From: Lama glama
Lineage: Eukaryota
Direction: 5' to 3'
DNA: 63,657 nucleotides
Assembly (NCBI GenBank): GCA_028534125.1
Contig: CM052825.1
Coordinates: forward strand, 27,652,344-27,716,000
The notes beneath the pieces are model-generated. The model was not told where the DNA came from. It saw only the letters and a list, made by a program, of their open reading frames with translations, and searched no databases. This document shows positions 63,605 to 63,657 of the stretch, one piece after another (the first letter of the stretch is position 1; each line of letters opens with the position of its first letter). Position numbers and translations under genes: made by a program.

Positions 63605-63657
63605 AACCATTTCACATATAAGAGCTTTGTATCAGGCGTGTGTAACCACACATTCCT

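Noticed and set aside
1-63657. Naming a host gene or locus
   Set aside because: No recognisable coding exon. Locus identity needs BLAST or liftOver of the unique blocks.

Overview
This is non-coding mammalian genomic DNA, most likely camelid (alpaca or camel), judged from Vic-1-like tRNA-Ala-derived SINEs and camelid-type L1 3' ends. It comes from a draft assembly with five N-gaps. I cannot support any complete protein-coding gene, RNA gene or CpG-island promoter. The listed ORFs look like chance ORFs, simple-repeat translations, TE sequence or N-gap artefacts. The window reads as a large intron or gene desert: many old repeats (MLT1, MIR, L2, MER5/MER58, L1M) interleaved with repeat-free, homeodomain/TALE-motif-rich blocks that look like conserved enhancers. 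The main structures are: (i) a ~6.5 kb minus-strand MER34-like non-autonomous ERV1 provirus (33209-39729) holding two younger solo LTRs with intact 4-bp TSDs; (ii) a head-to-tail array of three tRNA-SINEs bounded by four copies of a ~20-bp direct repeat (41180-41573); (iii) a 7x19-bp minisatellite made of 5' splice-site consensus sequences (23515-23647); (iv) an isolated 48-nt exon candidate with textbook splice signals (52957-53004); (v) an inverted L1 pair and a degenerate palindrome near the window end. I found no convincing new multi-gene system. Repeat family names come from recognition by eye, not from a search, and repeat boundaries are approximate unless TSDs are quoted.
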